Part shown: one piece after another, positions 52,758 to 54,534 of the stretch | How the letters are laid out: each line of letters starts with the position of its first letter | Position numbering within the stretch: position 1 is the stretch's first letter | Assembly (NCBI RefSeq): GCF_001194135.2 | Contig: NC_068984.1 | Span: 2,589,095 to 2,643,628 of the forward strand | Reading direction: 5' to 3' | DNA length: 54,534 nt | Source: Octopus bimaculoides | Taxonomy: Eukaryota | Position numbers and translations under genes: made by a program | Notes under the pieces: model-generated | Seen by the model: the letters and a program-made list of their open reading frames with translations, nothing else | Database searches by the model: none | What the model was told of the DNA's origin: nothing

Positions 52758-52944
52758 ATGACGTCATCGCAAATATTAAACATTTCAAGATTGAGAAAGT
52801 GCTTAGTGTGGTGGTGGCGGTAGAGGTGCTGCAGCGGAGGCAGTGGAAGTGGTGGTGGGGCTGGAGTTGATGGTGGGAGGTTTATGAAAATTTCATAAGG
52901 GCTCACATAAACGCTGACGGACTGGTCGGTGTAACCATGGAAAC
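52758..52944. promoter_or_regulatory. Candidate cis-regulatory element: palindromic CRE plus RFX X-box
   Basis: ATGACGTCAT (52758-52767) and GTAACCATGGAAAC (52931-52944) in a short non-repetitive island. Confidence 0.35.
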
Positions 52945-53437
52945 TGCAGGATCTATTTTAGGGAGTCAATATAGGATGTGGGGGGAAGCTCTGAGAATGG
53001 TGAATTTATGGAAAGAACGTCTTCTGAAAAGAAATGGGTACAGGAGAGTAAGAGTGATAGTGGGAGTAGGATGAATGGGAAAGAGAGAGAGAGAGAGTGA
53101 GAGAGTGAGAGAGAGAAAGAAAGAGGGAGAAAGAGAGAGAGAGAGAAAAAAAAAGGGCAAAATGGATGGAGAGAAAGGAGAAGACGCAGGGACAGAAATG
53201 GCAGAAAAAGAAGGATATAAGGAACATGTTATGTATTTAAATGGCTGTATATGAGAGCGGGTGCGAGTGAGAAGGATGGCAGAACGAAGGGTGGGGGGGA
53301 GATAATGATACAGTGTGACACGGACTTACGCGCATATACAATATATATAGACACACAACACATATATATATATATAGACACACACACACACATATATATA
53401 TATATGCATATACATATGCATATACATATGCCTATAA

Positions 53438-53483
<46 letters not shown>

Positions 53484-53717
53484 CACACGTGTATTGTGCG
53501 CGTTCGTGAGCGTGTGTGTTCACCCCCCCCCCCGTATTCTCCGCCGCTAATAGTTTATCTGTTGTATATAGAAGTATTAATATATCTGCGAATACGTCAT
53601 AACTATACATATATTCAAAAATCCCGGAGAATTTGCTTATTTTTCGAAGAAAAAAAACTTTCAAATGGAGTTTGATTATTGTAAGTAGTAAAAACATATA
53701 CGCTAGTACATACATAC

Positions 53718-53752
<35 letters not shown>

Positions 53753-54435
53753 AGGAGAGAGAAAGAAAGGAGGGACATAGATATATAGATATATATAAAT
53801 ATATACATACATACATATATGTATTTATGTATGTATGTATATGTACATGCATATATATATACGCATATATATGCACAAATACAAATATGTATATATATAT
53901 ATATATATTCATGTGAGAGGAGAGACATAGATATATATATATATAGAGGGAGAGAGAGAGGAAGAGAGGGCAAGAGAGAGAGGTGAGAATAGTGATAAAA
54001 GACGGATAGAATAAAAAGTGAGACGTAGGTGGGAGAGAGGGAAAAGCAGAATGCAAGAAATGGAAAAGAGAGAGAAAGCTTAAGAGTGAGTCTAAGAGAA
54101 GGAAAGAGAGAGAGAGAGAGAGAGAAAGGGGAAGAGAGAGAGCGAGAGAGAAGTATATGGAAAAAACGCTGAGAGATACACACACACACACGCGCACATA
54201 TTGCTCACTGTATGTGCGCATGCGTATGTGTACATACTTGTATATGCATATATATGTATCTACGTTCATATGTGAATGCATAAAAATATCTACACACACA
54301 CACGTACTTATGTATATACACATATTTAATGAATAAACCTGTTGTGTCTTCTGATAAGGCACGTAATATAGGAAGACGTGTTTGTGCGTTTGTAGTAAAC
54401 ATTATGCCTCTCTCTCTCTCTCTTCCTCTCTATCC

Positions 54436-54497
<62 letters not shown>

Positions 54498-54534
54498 AAT
54501 TATGTACACACATATATATATGTACATATGTATA

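Overview
This is AT-rich animal genomic DNA from a short-read assembly. It has 16 N-gaps (about 6.5 kb), almost all flanked by microsatellites. The SINE families and the extreme microsatellite density point to a cephalopod, most likely Octopus; this is recognition from memory, not a database result. There is no intact protein-coding gene, rRNA, true tRNA or CRISPR array, and nearly all long ORFs in the track are artefacts of N-runs or simple repeats. The window is a retroelement graveyard. It holds decayed LINE fragments (R4/Dong-like REL x4, CR1-like x3, RTE x2, Tx1-like x1), at least 11 tRNA-headed SINE copies from 4 families, hAT-like MITEs and a Tc1/mariner remnant. A few weak exon candidates suggest a + strand host gene ending near 36.0 kb. 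The most interesting signals: (1) several hammerhead-ribozyme motifs of the Penelope-like minimal type, including one inside a tRNA-headed SINE whose copy appears to carry a twin-priming-type 5' inversion; (2) R4/Dong-like LINE pieces embedded in (CATA)n and (TAA)n arrays, suggesting microsatellite-targeting families; (3) a SINE family with a built-in central microsatellite; (4) three strong RFX X-box matches.
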